A stretch of DNA of 64,000 bases. It comes from Azolla caroliniana (lineage: Eukaryota; Plantae; Polypodiophyta). The notes under the pieces are model-generated. The model was not told the origin of the DNA and did not search any database. It saw only the letters and a list, made by a program, of their open reading frames with translations. The position numbers were made by a program, and so were the translations under genes. The stretch lies in assembly GCA_043228905.1 (NCBI GenBank), contig JBHGNT010000045.1:143944-207943 (forward strand). Direction: 5' to 3'. Positions 28,541 through 43,200 of this stretch are shown here, piece by piece; the stretch's first letter is position 1, and every line of letters begins with the position of its first letter.

Positions 28541-29034
28541 ATGCTCGCTATGCTACACAATTAAAAAATCAATATTTTGAAACTCAGGTCGAGAGACATG
28601 ACGAAATTAGCAAAATTGAGGAGGGACTTGAGAAGAGCCCGTAAGTAAATTAAAATGGTCATACCTGGGTCCTCTAATATCGGATTTTTGTGTTCAAACA
28701 TGCGAGTCGAAGCTAACAACGCTAGCTACGCTACACATTTAAAAAATCAAGATTTTGAAACTCAGGTCGAGAGACATGACGAAATTAGCAAAATTGAGGA
28801 GGGACTTGAGAAGAGCCCGTGAGTAAATTAAAATGGTCATACCTAGCTCCTCTGATATCGGATTTTTGTGTTAAAACATGCGAATCGAACCTAACAACGC
28901 TAGCTATGCTACACAATTAAAAAATCAAGATTTTGAAACTCAGGTAGAGAGACATGAAGAATTTAGCAAAATTGAGGAGGGACTTGTGAAGAGCCCGTGA
29001 GTAAATTAAAATGGTCATACCTGGCTCCTGTGAT

Positions 29035-32000
29035 ATCGGATTTTTGTGTTAAAACATGCAAATCGAACCTAACAACGCTAGCTACGCTACACAATTAAAA
29101 AATCAAGATTTTGAAACTCAGGTCGAGAGACATGACGAAATTAGCAAAATTCAGGAGGGACTTGAGAAGAGCCCGTGAGTAAATTAAAATGGTCATACCT
29201 GGCTCCTGTGATATCGGATTTTTATGTTCAAACATCCGAATCGAAGCTAAGAACGCTAGCTATGTTACACAATTAAAAAATCAGGATTTTGAAACTCAGG
29301 TAGAGAGACATGAAGAATTTAGCAAAATTGAGGAGGGACTTGTGAAGAGCCCGTGAGTAAATTAAAATGGTCATACCTAGCCCCTGTGATATCGGATTTT
29401 TGTGTTCAAACATGCGAGTCGAAGCTAACAACGCTAGCTGTGCTACACAATTAAAAAATTAAGATTTCTAAACTGAGGTCGAGAGACATGAAGAAATTAG
29501 CAAAATTGAGGAGGGACTTGAGAAGAGCCCGTGAGTAAATTAAAATGGTCATACCTGGCTCCTGTGATATCGGATTTTTGTGTTCAAACATCCGAATCGA
29601 AGCTAACAACGCTAGCTATGCTACACAATTAAAAAATCAAGATTTTGAAACTCAGGTAGAGAGACATGAAGAATTTAGCAAAATTGAGGAGGGACTTGAG
29701 AAGAGCCCGTGAGTAAATTAAAATGGTCATACCTGGCTCCTGTGATATCGGATTTTTGTGTTCAAACATGCGAGTCGAAGCTAACAACGCTAGCTGTGCT
29801 ACACAATTAAAAAATTAAGATTTTTAAACTCAGGTCGAGAGACATGAAGAAATTAGCAAAATTGAGGAGGGACTTGAGAAGAGCCCGTGAGTAAATTAAA
29901 ATGGTCATACCTGGCTCGTGTGATATCGGATTTTTGTGTTCAAACATCCGAATCGAAGCTAACAACGCTAGCTATGCTACACAATTAAATAATCAAGATT
30001 TTGAAACTCAGGTAGACAGACATGAAGAAAGTAGCAAAATTGAGGAGGGACTTGAGAAGAGCCCGTGAGTAAATTAAAATGGTCATACCTGGCTCCTCTG
30101 ATATCGGATTTTTGTGTTAAAACATGCGAATCGAAGCTAACAACGCTAGCTATGCTACACAATTAAAATTTTCATACCTGGCTCCTGTGATATTAGATTT
30201 TTGTGTTCAAACATGCGAATGGAAGCTAACAACGCTAGCTATGCTACACAATTAAAAAATCAAGATTTCTAAACTGAGGTCGAGAGACATGAAGAAATTA
30301 GCAAAATTGAGGAGGGACTTGAGAAGAGCCCGTGAGTAAATTAAAATGGTCATACCTGGCTCCTGTGATATCGGATTTTTGTGTTCAAACATCCGAATCG
30401 AAGCTAACAACGCTAGCTATGCTACACAATTAAAAAATCAAGATTTTGAAACTCATGTAGAGAGACATGAAGAATTTAGCAAAATTGAGGAGGGACTTGT
30501 GAAGAGCCCGTGAGTAAATTAAAATGGTCATACCTAGCCCCTGTGATATCGGATTTTTGTGTTCAAATATGCGAGTCGAAGCTAACAACGCTAGCTGTGC
30601 TACACAATTAAAAAATTAAGATTTTTAAACTCAGGTCGAGAGACATGAAGAAATTAGCAAAATTGAGGAGGGACTTGAGAAGAGCCCGTGAGTAAATTAA
30701 AATGGTCATACCTGGCTCCTGTGATATCGGATTTTTGTGTTCAAACATCCGAATCGAAGCTAACAACGCTAGCTATGCTACACAATTAAAAAATCAAGAT
30801 TTTGAAACTCAGTTAGACAGACATGAAGAAAGTAGCAAAATTCAGGAGGGACTTGAGAAGAGCCCGTGAGTAAATTAAAATGGTCATACCTGGCTCCTCT
30901 GATATCGGATTTTTGTGTTAAAACATGCAAATCGAACCTAACAACGCTAGCTACGCTACACAATTAAAAAATCAAGATTTTGAAACTCAGGTCGAGAGAC
31001 ATGACAAAATTAGCAAAATTCAGGAGGGACTTGAGAAGAGCCCGTGAGTAAATTAAAATGGTCATACCTGGCTCCGCTGATATCGGATTTTTGTGTTCAA
31101 ACATGCGAGTCGAAGCTAACAACGCTAGCTGTGCTACACAATTAAAAAATCAAGATTTTGAAACTCAGGTAGACAGACATGAAGAAAGTAGCAAAATTCA
31201 GGAGGGACTTGAGAAGAGCCCGTGAGTAAATTAAAATGGTCATACCTGGCTCCTCTGATATCGGATTTTTGTGTTAAAACATGCAAATCGAACCTAACAA
31301 CGCTAGCTACGCTACACAATTAAAAAATCAAGATTTTGAAACTCAGGTCGAGAGACATGACGAAATTAGCAAAATTCAGGAGGGACTTGAGAAGAGCCCG
31401 TGAGTAAATTAAAATGGTCATACCTGGCTCCTGTGATATCGGATTTTTATGTTCAAACATCCGAATCGAAGCTAACAACGCTAGCTATGTTACACAATTA
31501 AAAAATCAGGATTTTGAAACTCAGGTAGAGAGACATGAAGAATTTAGCAAAATTGAGGAGGGACTTGTGAAGAGCCCGTGAGTAAATTAAAATGGTCATA
31601 CCTAGCCCCTGTGATATCGGATTTTTGTGTTCAAACATGCGAGTCGAAGCTAACAACGCTAGCTGTGCTACACAATTAAAAAATTAAGATTTCTAAACTG
31701 AGGTCGAGAGACATGAAGAAATTAGCAAAATTGAGGAGGGACTTGAGAAGAGCCCGTGAGTAAATTAAAATGGTCATACCTGGCTCCTGTGATATCGGAT
31801 TTTTGTGTTCAAACATCCGAATCGAAGCTAACAACGCTAGCTGTGCTACACAATTAAAAAATCAAGATTTTGAAACTCAGGTAGACAGACATGAAGAAAG
31901 TAGCAAAATTCACGAGGGACTTGAGAAGAGCCCGTGAGTAAATTAAAATGGTCATACCTGGCTCCTCTGATATCGGATTTTTGTGTTAAAACATGCAAAT

Positions 32001-35000
32001 CGAACCTAACAACGCTAGCTACGCTACACAATTAAAAAATCAAGATTTTGAAACTCAGGTCGAGAGACATGACGAAATTAGCAAAATTCAGGAGGGACTT
32101 GAGAAGAGCCCGTGAGTAAATTAAAATGGTCATACCTGGCTCCTGTGATATCGGATTTTTATGTTCAAACATCCGAATCGAAGCTAAGAACGCTAGCTAT
32201 GTTACACAATTAAAAAATCAGGATTTTGAAACTCAGGTAGAGAGACATGAAGAATTTAGCAAAATTGAGGAGGGACTTGTGAAGAGCCCGTGAGTAAATT
32301 AAAATGGTCATACCTAGCCCCTGTGATATCGGATTTTTGTGTTCAAACATGCGAGTCGAAGCTAACAACGCTAGCTGTGCTACACAATTAAAAAATCAAG
32401 ATTTTGAAACTCAGGTAGACAGACATGAAGAAAGTAGCAAAATTCACGAGGGACTTGAGAAGAGCCCGTGAGTAAATTAAAATGGTCATACCTGGCTCCT
32501 CTGATATCGGATTTTTGTGTTAAAACATGCAAATCGAACCTAACAACGCTAGCTACGCTACAGAATTAAAAAATCAAGATTTTGAAACTCAGGTCGAGAG
32601 ACATGACGAAATTAGCAAAATTCAGGAGGGACTTGAGAAGAGCCCGTGAGTAAATTAAAATGGTCATACCTGGCTCCTGTGATATCGGATTTTTATGTTC
32701 AAACATCCGAATCGAAGCTAAGAACGCTAGCTATGTTACACAATTAAAAAATCAGGATTTTGAAACTCAGGTAGAGAGACATGAAGAATTTAGCAAAATT
32801 GAGGAGGGACTTGTGAAGAGCCCGTGAGTAAATTAAAATGGTCATACCTAGCCCCTGTGATATCGGATTTTTGTGTTCAAACATGCGAGTCGAAGCTAAC
32901 AACGCTAGCTGTGCTACACAATTAAAAAATTAAGATTTCTAAACTTAGGTCGAGAGACATGAAGAAATTAGCAAAATTGAGGAGGGACTTGAGAAGAGCC
33001 CGTGAGTAAATTAAAATGGTCATACCTGGCTCCTGTGATATCGGATTTTTGTGTTCAAACATCCGAATCGAAGCTAACAACGCTAGCTATGCTACACAAT
33101 TAAAAAATCAAGATTTTGAAACTCAGGTAGAGAGACATGAAGAATTTAGCAAAATTGAGGAGGGACTTGAGAAGAGCCCGTGAGTAAATTAAAATGGTCA
33201 TACCTGGCTCCTGTGATATCGGATTTTTGTGTTCAAACATGCGAGTCGAAGCTAACAACGCTAGCTGTGCTACACAATTAAAAAATTAAGATTTTTAAAC
33301 TCAGGTCGAGAGACATGAAGAAATTAGCAAAATTGAGGAGGGACTTGAGAAGAGCCCGTGAGTAAATTAAAATGGTCATACCTGGCTCGTGTGATATCGG
33401 ATTTTTGTGTTCAAACATCCGAATCGAAGCTAACAACGCTAGCTATGCTACACAATTAAATAATCAAGATTTTGAAACTCAGGTAGACAGACATGAAGAA
33501 AGTAGCAAAATTGAGGAGGGACTTGAGAAGAGCCCGTGAGTAAATTAAAATGGTCATACCTGGCTCCTCTGATATCGGATTTTTGTGTTAAAACATGCGA
33601 ATCGAAGCTAACAACGCTAGCTATGCTACACAATTAAAATTTTCATACCTGGCTCCTGTGATATTAGATTTTTGTGTTCAAACATGCGAATGGAAGCTAA
33701 CAACGCTAGCTATGCTACACAATTAAAAAATCAAGATTTCTAAACTGAGGTCGAGAGACATGAAGAAATTAGCAAAATTGAGGAGGGACTTGAGAAGAGC
33801 CCGTGAGTAAATTAAAATGGTCATACCTGGCTCCTGTGATATCGGATTTTTGTGTTCAAACATCCGAATCGAAGCTAACAACGCTAGCTATGCTACACAA
33901 TTAAAAAATCAAGATTTTGAAACTCATGTAGAGAGACATGAAGAATTTAGCAAAATTGAGGAGGGACTTGTGAAGAGCCCGTGAGTAAATTAAAATGGTC
34001 ATACCTAGCCCCTGTGATATCGGATTTTTGTGTTCAAATATGCGAGTCGAAGCTAACAACGCTAGCTGTGCTACACAATTAAAAAATTAAGATTTTTAAA
34101 CTCAGGTCGAGAGACATGAAGAAATTAGCAAAATTGAGGAGGGACTTGAGAAGAGCCCGTGAGTAAATTAAAATGGTCATACCTGGCTCCTGTGATATCG
34201 GATTTTTGTGTTCAAACATCCGAATCGAAGCTAACAACGCTAGCTATGCTACACAATTAAAAAATCAAGATTTTGAAACTCAGTTAGACAGACATGAAGA
34301 AAGTAGCAAAATTCAGGAGGGACTTGAGAAGAGCCCGTGAGTAAATTAAAATGGTCATACCTGGCTCCTCTGATATCGGATTTTTGTGTTAAAACATGCA
34401 AATCGAACCTAACAACGCTAGCTACGCTACACAATTAAAAAATCAAGATTTTGAAACTCAGGTCGAGAGACATGACAAAATTAGCAAAATTCAGGAGGGA
34501 CTTGAGAAGAGCCCGTGAGTAAATTAAAATGGTCATACCTGGCTCCGCTGATATCGGATTTTTGTGTTCAAACATGCGAGTCGAAGCTAACAACGCTAGC
34601 TGTGCTACACAATTAAAAAATCAAGATTTTGAAACTCAGGTAGACAGACATGAAGAAAGTAGCAAAATTCAGGAGGGACTTGAGAAGAGCCCGTGAGTAA
34701 ATTAAAATGGTCATACCTGGCTCCTCTGATATCGGATTTTTGTGTTAAAACATGCAAATCGAACCTAACAACGCTAGCTACGCTACACAATTAAAAAATC
34801 AAGATTTTGAAACTCAGGTCGAGAGACATGACGAAATTAGCAAAATTCAGGAGGGACTTGAGAAGAGCCCGTGAGTAAATTAAAATGGTCATACCTGGCT
34901 CCTGTGATATCGGATTTTTATGTTCAAACATCCGAATCGAAGCTAACAACGCTAGCTATGTTACACAATTAAAAAATCAGGATTTTGAAACTCAGGTAGA

Positions 35001-35314
35001 GAGACATGAAGAATTTAGCAAAATTGAGGAGGGACTTGTGAAGAGCCCGTGAGTAAATTAAAATGGTCATACCTAGCCCCTGTGATATCGGATTTTTGTG
35101 TTCAAACATGCGAGTCGAAGCTAACAACGCTAGCTGTGCTACACAATTAAAAAATTAAGATTTCTAAACTGAGGTCGAGAGACATGAAGAAATTAGCAAA
35201 ATTGAGGAGGGACTTGAGAAGAGCCCGTGAGTAAATTAAAATGGTCATACCTGGCTCCTGTGATATCGGATTTTTGTGTTCAAACATCCGAATCGAAGCT
35301 AACAACGCTAGCTA
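29035..35314. repeat. Duplication with offset 3471 (19.5 monomers): ~29035-31843 matches ~32506-35314
   Basis: ORF pairs 29977/33448, 30778/34249 and 31134/34605. Private ACTCATGTAG (30451/33922) and CTAAGAACG (~29247/~32718). Confidence 0.88.
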
Positions 35315-35590
35315 TGCTACACAATTAAAAAATCAAGATTTTGAAACTCAGGTAGAGAGACATGAAGAATTTAGCAAAATTGAGGAGGGACTTGAGAAGA
35401 GCCCGTGAGTAAATTAAAATGGTCATACCTGGCTCCTCTGATATCGGATTTTTATGTTCAAACAACCGAATCGAAGCTAACAACGCTAGCTATGCTACAC
35501 AATTAAAAAATCAAGATTTTGAAACTCAGGTAGAGAGACATGAAGAATTTAGCAAAATTGAGGAGGGACTTGTGAAGAGCCCGTGAGTAA

Positions 35591-37210
35591 ATAAAAATGG
35601 TCATACCTGGCTCGTGTGATATCTGATTTTTGTGTTCAAACATGCGAATCGAAGCTAACAAAACTAGCTATGATAGGGAATTCAAAAATGAAGATTTTGA
35701 AACTCAGGTCGAGAGACATGAAGAAATAAGCAAATTTGAGGAGGGACTTGAGAAGAGTCCGTGAGTAAATAAAAATGGTCATACCTGGCTCGTGTGATAT
35801 CTGATTTTTGTGTTCAAACATGCGAATCGAAGCTAACAACGCTAGCTATGATACGGAATTCTAAAATCTAGATTTTGAAACTTAGGTCGAGAGACAAGAA
35901 GAAATTAGCAACTTTGAGGAGGGACTTGAGAAGAGGACGTGAGTAAATAAAAATGGTCGTACATGGCTCGTGTGATATCGGATATTTGTGCTCAAACATG
36001 CGAATCGAAACTAACAACGCTAGCTATGATATGGAATTAAAAAATCAAGATTTTGAAACTCAGGTCGAGAGAGATGAAGAAATTAGCAAATTTGACGACG
36101 GACATGAGAAGACTCCGTGAGTAAATTAAAATGGTCATACCTGGGTTGTGTTATATCTGATTTTTGTGTTCAAACATACGAATCGAAGCTAACAACGCTA
36201 GGTATGATATAGAACTAAAAAATCAAGATTTTGAAACTGAAGTCGAGAGACATAAAGAAATTAGCAAATTTGATGACGGACATGAGAAAACGCAATCAGT
36301 AAATTAAAATGGTCATACCTGGGTTGTGTTATATCGGATTTTTGTGTTCAGACATGCGAATCGAAGCTAACAACGCTAGGTATGATATAGAACTAAAAAA
36401 TCAAGATTTTGAAACTGAGGTCGAGAGACATGAAGAAATTAGCAAATTTGAGGACGGCCATGAGAAGAGCCCGTGAGTAAATTAAAATGGTCATACCTGG
36501 CTCGTGTGATATCGGATTTTTGTGTTCAAACATGCGAATCGAAGCTAACAACGCTAGCAATGATATGGAATTAAAAAATCAAGATTTTGAAACTCAGGTC
36601 GAGAGACATGAAAAATTAGCAAATTTGAGGAGGGACTTGAGAAGAGGACGTGAGTAAATTAAAATGGTCATACCTGGGTTGTGTTATATCGGATTTCTGT
36701 GTTCAAACATGCGAATCGAAGCTAACAACGCTAGGTATGATATAGAACTAAAAAATCAAGATTTTGACACTCAGGTCGAGAGACATGAAGAAATTAGCAA
36801 ATTTGAGGACGGCCATGAGAAGAGCCCGTGAGTAAATTAAAATGGTTATACATGGCTCGTGTGATATCGGATTTTTGTGTTCAAACATGCGAATCGAAGC
36901 TAACAACGCTAGCTATGATATAGAACTAAAAAATCAAGATTTTGAAACTCAGGTCGAGAGACATGAAGAAAATAGCAAATTTGAAGAGGGACTTGAGAAG
37001 AGCCCGTGAGTAAAGAAAAATGGTCATACCTCGCTCGTGTGATATCGGATTTTTGTGGTCAAACATGCGAATCGAAGCTAACAACGCTAGCTATGATATG
37101 GAATTTAAAAATCAAGATTTGAAGCTCAGGTCGACAGACATGACGAAATTAGCAAATTTCAGGAGGTACTTGAGAAGAGCCCGTGAGTAAATTAAAATGG
37201 TCATACCTGG
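35591..37210. repeat. Subfamily A block 2 (about 9 monomers)
   Basis: CTCGTGTG, AAATTTG and ATGATATAG diagnostics return. Shares private variants (GAGGACGTG, AAAACGCAATCAG, GGGTTGTGTTAT) with blocks 3 and 4. Confidence 0.9.
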
Positions 37211-40200
37211 CTCCTGTGATATCGGATTTTTGTGTTAAAACATGCGAATCGAAGCTAACAACGCTACCTGTGTTACACAATTAAAAAATCAAGATTTCGA
37301 AACTCAGGTCGAGAGACATGACGAAATTAGCAAAATTGAGGAGGGACTTGTGAAGAGCTAGTGAGTAAATTAAAATGGTCATACCTGGCTCCTGTGATAT
37401 CGGATTTTTGTGTTCAAACATCCGAATCGAAGCTAACAACGCTAGCTGTGTTACACAATTAAAAAATCAAGATTTCGAATGTCAGGTAGAGAGACATGAA
37501 GAAATTAGCAAAATTGAGGAGGGACTTGAGAAGAGCCCGTGAGTAAATTAAAATGGTCATACCTGGTTCCTATGATATCGGATTTTTGTGTTCAAACATC
37601 CGAATCGAAGCTAACAACACTAGCTATGCTACACAATTAAAAAATCAAGATTTTGAAACTCAGGTAGAGAGACATGTAGAAAGTAGCAAAATTGAGGAGG
37701 GACTTGAGAAGAGCCCGTGAGTAAATTAAAATGGTCATACCTAGCTCCTCTGATATTGGATTTTTGTGTTCAAACATCCGAATCGAAGCTAACAACGCTA
37801 GCTATGCTAAACAATTAAAAAATCGAGATTTTGAAACTCAGGTCGAGAGACATGACGAAATTAGCAAAATTGAGGAGGGACTTGAGAAGAGTCCGTGAGT
37901 AAATTAAAATGGTCATACCTGGCTCCTGTGATATCGGATTTTTGTGTTCAAACATCCGAATCGAAGCTAACAATGCTAGCTATGCTACACAATTAAAAAA
38001 TCAAGATTTTGAAACTCAGGTTGAGAGACATGACGAAATTAGCAAAATTGAGAAGGGACTTGTGAAGAGCCCGTGAGTAAATTAAAATGGTCATACCTGG
38101 CTCCTGTCATATCAGATTTTTGTGTTCAAACATCCGAATCGAAGCTAACAACGCTAGCTATGTTACACAATTAAAAAATCAGGATTTTGAAACTCAGGTA
38201 GAGAGACATGAAGAATTTAGCAAAATTGAGGAGGGACTTGTGAAGAGCCCGTGAGTAAATTAAAATGGTCATACCTGGCTCCTGTCATATCAGATTTTTG
38301 TGTTAAAACATGCGAATCGAAGCTAACAACGCTACCTGTGATACACAATTAAAAAATCAAGATTTCGAAACTCAGGTCGAGAGACATGACGAAATTAGCA
38401 AAATTGAGGAGGGACTTGTGAAGAGCTAGTGAGTAAATTAAAATGGTCATACCTGGCTCCTGTGATACCGGATTTTTGTGTTCAAACATCCGAATCGAAG
38501 CTAACAACGCTAGCTGTGTTACACAGTTAAAAAATCAAGATTTCGAATGTCAGGTAGAGAGACATGAAGAAATTAGCAAAATTGAGGAGGGACTTGAGAA
38601 GAGCCCGTGAGTAAATTAAAATGGTCATACCTGGTTCCTATGATATCGGATTTTTGTGTTCAAACATCCGAATCGAAGCTAACAACACTAGCTATGCTAC
38701 ACAATTAAAAAATCAAGATTTTGAAACTCAGGTAGAGAGACATGTAGAAAGTAGCAAAATTGAGGAGGGACTTGAGAAGAGCCCGTGAGTAAATTAAAAT
38801 GGTCATACCTAGCTCCTCTGATATTGGATTTTTGTGTTCAAACATCCGAATCGAAGCTAACAACGCTAGCTATGCTAAACAATTAAAAAATCGAGATTTT
38901 GAAACTCAGGTCGAGAGACATGACGAAATTAGCAAAATTGAGGAGGGACTTGAGAAGAGTCCGTGAGTAAATTAAAATGGTCATACCTGGCTCCTCTGAT
39001 ATTGGATTTTTGTGTTCAAACATCCGAATCGAAGCTAACAACACTAGCTATGCTACACAATTAAAAAATCAAGATTTTGAAACTCAGGTAGAGAGACATG
39101 AATAAAGTAGCAAAATTGAGGAGGGACTTGAGAAGAGCCCGTGAGTAAATTAAAATGGTCATACCTGGCTCCGCTGATATCGGATTTTTGTGTTAAACAT
39201 GCGAATCGAACCTAACAACGCTAGCTACGCTACACATTGAAAAAATCAAGATTTTGAAACTCAGGTCGAGAGACATGATGAAATTAGCAAAATTCAGGAG
39301 GGACTTGAGAAGAGCCCGTGAGTAAATTAAAATGGTCATACCTGGCTCCTCTGATATCGGATTTTTGTGTTCAAACATCCGAATCGAAGCTAACAATGCT
39401 CGCTATGCTACACAATTAAAAAATCAATATTTTGAAACTCAGGTCGAGAGACATGACGAAATTAGCAAAATTGAGGAGGGACTTGAGAAGAGCCCGTAAG
39501 TAAATTAAAATGGTCATACCTGGGTCCTCTGATATCGGATTTTTGTGTTAAAACATGCGAGTCGAAGCTAACAACGCTAGCTACGCTACACATTTAAAAA
39601 ATCAAGATTTTGAAACTCAGGTCGAGAGACATGACGAAATTAGCAAAATTGAGGAGGGACTTGAGAAGAGCCCGTGAGTAAATTAAAATGGTCATACCTA
39701 GCTCCTCTGATATCGGATTTTTGTGTTAAAACATGCGAATCGAACCTAACAACGCTAGCTATGCTACACAATTAAAAAATCAAGATTTTGAAACTCAGGT
39801 AGAGAGACATGAAGAATTTAGCAAAATTGAGGAGGGACTTGTGAAGAGCCCGTGAGTAAATTAAAATGGTCATACCTGGCTCCTGTGATATCGGATTTTT
39901 GTGTTCAAACATGCGAGTCGAAGCTAACAACGCTAGCTGTGCTACACAATTAAAAAATTAAGATTTTTAAACTCAGGTCGAGAGACATGAAGAAATTAGC
40001 AAAATTGAGGAGGGACTTGAGAAGAGCCCGTGAGTAAATTAAAATGGTCATACCTGGCTCCTGTGATATCGGATTTTTGTGTTCAAACATCCGAATCGAA
40101 GCTAACAACGCTAGCTATGCTACACAATTAAATAATCAAGATTTTGAAACTCAGGTAGACAGACATGAAGAAAGTAGCAAAATTGAGGAGGGACTTGAGA

Positions 40201-43200
40201 AGAGCCCGTGAGTAAATTAAAATGGTCATACCTGGCTCCTCTGATATCGGATTTTTGTGTTAAAACATGCGAATCGAAGCTAACAACGCTAGCTATGCTA
40301 CACAATTAAAATTTTCATACCTGGCTCCTGTGATATTAGATTTTTGTGTTCAAACATGCGAATGGAAGCTAACAACGCTAGCTATGCTACACAATTAAAA
40401 AATCAAGATTTCTAAACTGAGGTCGAGAGACATGAAGAAATTAGCAAAATTGAGGAGGGACTTGAGAAGAGCCCGTGAGTAAATTAAAATGGTCATACCT
40501 GGCTCCTGTGATATCGGATTTTTGTGTTCAAACATCCGAATCGAAGCTAACAACGCTAGCTATGCTACACAATTAAAAAATCAAGATTTTGAAACTCAGG
40601 TAGAGAGACATGAAGAATTTAGCAAAATTGAGGAGGGACTTGTGAAGAGCCCGTGAGTAAATTAAAATGGTCATACCTAGCCCCTGTGATATCGGATTTT
40701 TGTGTTCAAACATGCGAGTCGAAGCTAACAACGCTAGCTGTGCTACACAATTAAAAAATTAAGATTTTTAAACTCAGGTCGAGAGACATGAAGAAATTAG
40801 CAAAATTGAGGAGGGACTTGAGAAGAGCCCGTGAGTAAATTAAAATGGTCATACCTGGCTCCTGTGATATCGGATTTTTGTGTTCAAACATCCGAATCGA
40901 AGCTAACAACGCTAGCTATGCTACACAATTAAAAAATCAAGATTTTGAAACTCAGTTAGACAGACATGAAGAAAGTAGCAAAATTCAGGAGGGACTTGAG
41001 AAGAGCCCGTGAGTAAATTAAAATGGTCATACCTGGCTCCTCTGATATCGGATTTTTGTGTTAAAACATGCAAATCGAACCTAACAACGCTAGCTACGCT
41101 ACACAATTAAAAAATCAAGATTTTGAAACTCAGGTCGAGAGACATGACAAAATTAGCAAAATTCAGGAGGGACTTGAGAAGAGCCCGTGAGTAAATTAAA
41201 ATGGTCATACCTGGCTCCGCTGAGATCGGATTTTTGTGTTCAAACATGCGAGTCGAAGCTAACAACGCTAGCTGTGCTACACAATTAAAAAATCAAGATT
41301 TTGAAACTCAGGTAGACAGACATGAAGAAAGTAGCAAAATTCAGGAGGGACTTGAGAAGAGCCCGTGAGTAAATTAAAATGGTCATACCTGGCTCCTCTG
41401 ATATCGGATTTTTGTGTTAAAACATGCAAATCGAACCTAACAACGCTAGCTACGCTACACAATTAAAAAATCAAGATTTTGAAACTCAGGTCGAGAGACA
41501 TGACGAAATTAGCAAAATTCAGGAGGGACTTGAGAAGAGCCCGTGAGTAAATTAAAATGGTCATACCTGGCTCCTGTGATATCGGATTTTTATGTTCAAA
41601 CATCCGAATCGAAGCTAACAACGCTAGCTATGTTACACAATTAAAAAATCAGGATTTTGAAACTCAGGTAGAGAGACAGGAAGAATTTAGCAAAATTGAG
41701 GAGGGACTTGTGAAGAGCCCGTGAGTAAATTAAAATGGTCATACCTAGCCCCTGTGATATCGGATTTTTGTGTTCAAACATGCGAGTCGAAGCTAACAAC
41801 GCTAGCTGTGCTACACAATTAAAAAATTAAGATTTCTAAACTGAGGTCGAGAGACATGAAGAAATTAGCAAAATTGAGGAGGGACTTGAGAAGAGCCCGT
41901 GAGTAAATTAAAATGGTCATACCTGGCTCCTGTGATATCGGATTTTTGTGTTCAAACATCCGAATCGAAGCTAACAACGCTAGGTATGCTACACAATTAA
42001 AAAATCAAGATTTTGAAACTCAGGTAGAGAGACATGAAGAATTTAGCAAAATTGAGGAGGGACTTGTGAAGAGCCCGTGAGTAAATTAAAATGGTCATAC
42101 CTGGCTCCTGTGATATCGGATTTTTGTGTTCAAACATGCGAGTCGAAGCTAACAACGCTAGCTGTGCTACACAATTAAAAAATTAAGATTTTTAAACTTA
42201 GGTCGAGAGACATGAAGAAATTAGCAAAATTGAGGAGGGGACTTGAGAAGAGCCCGTGAGTAAATTAAAATGGTCATACCTAGCCCCTGTGATATCGGAT
42301 TTTTGTGTTCAAACATGCGAGTCGAAGCTAACAACGCTAGCTGTGCTACACAATTAAAAAATTAAGATTTTTAAACTCAGGTCGAGAGACATGAAGAAAT
42401 TAGCAAAATTGAGGAGGGACTTGAGAAGAGCCCGTGAGTAAATTAAAATGGTCATACCTGGCTCCTGTGATATCGGATTTTTGTGTTCAAACATCCGAAT
42501 CGAAGCTAACAACGCTAGCTATGCTACATAATTAAAAAATCAAGATTTCGAAACTCAGGTAGAGAGACATGAAGAAATTAGCAAAATTGAGGAGGGACTT
42601 GAGAAGAGCCCGTGAGTAAATTAAAATGGTCATACCTGGCTCCTGTGATATCGGATTTTTGTGTTCAAACATCCGAATCGAAGCTAACAACGCTAGCTGT
42701 GTTACACAATTAAAAAATCAGGATTTTGAAACTCAGGTAGAGAGACATGAAGAATTTAGCAAAATTGAGGAGGGACTTGTGAAGAGCCCGTGAGTAAATT
42801 AAAATGGTCATACCTGGCTCCTGTGATATCGGATTTTTGTGTTCAAACATGCGAGTCGAAGCTAACAACACTAGCTATGATATAGAACTAAAAATTCAGG
42901 AGGGACTTGAGAAGAGCCCGTGAGTAAATTAAAATGGTCATACCTGGCTCCTGTGATATCGGATTTTTATGTTCAAACATCCGAATCGAAGCTAACAACG
43001 CTAGCTATGCTACACAATTAAAAAATCAAGATTTTGAAACTCAGGTAGAGAGACATGAAGAATTTAGCAAAATTGAGGAGGGACTTGTGAAGAGCCCGTG
43101 AGTAAATTAAAATGGTCATACCTGGCTCCTGTGATATCGGATTTTTGTGTTCAAACATCCGAATCGAAGCTAACAACGCTAGCTATGCTACACAATTAAA

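Larger units (their letters stand above)
5411..35590. repeat. Subfamily B block 1 (homogeneous monomers, rich in 89-bp half-monomers)
   Basis: Diagnostic sites are GCAAAATTG/C, GCTCCT(G/C)TG and monomer end (A/G)TGCTACAC. Variation is confined to a small set of recurring sites. Confidence 0.92.
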
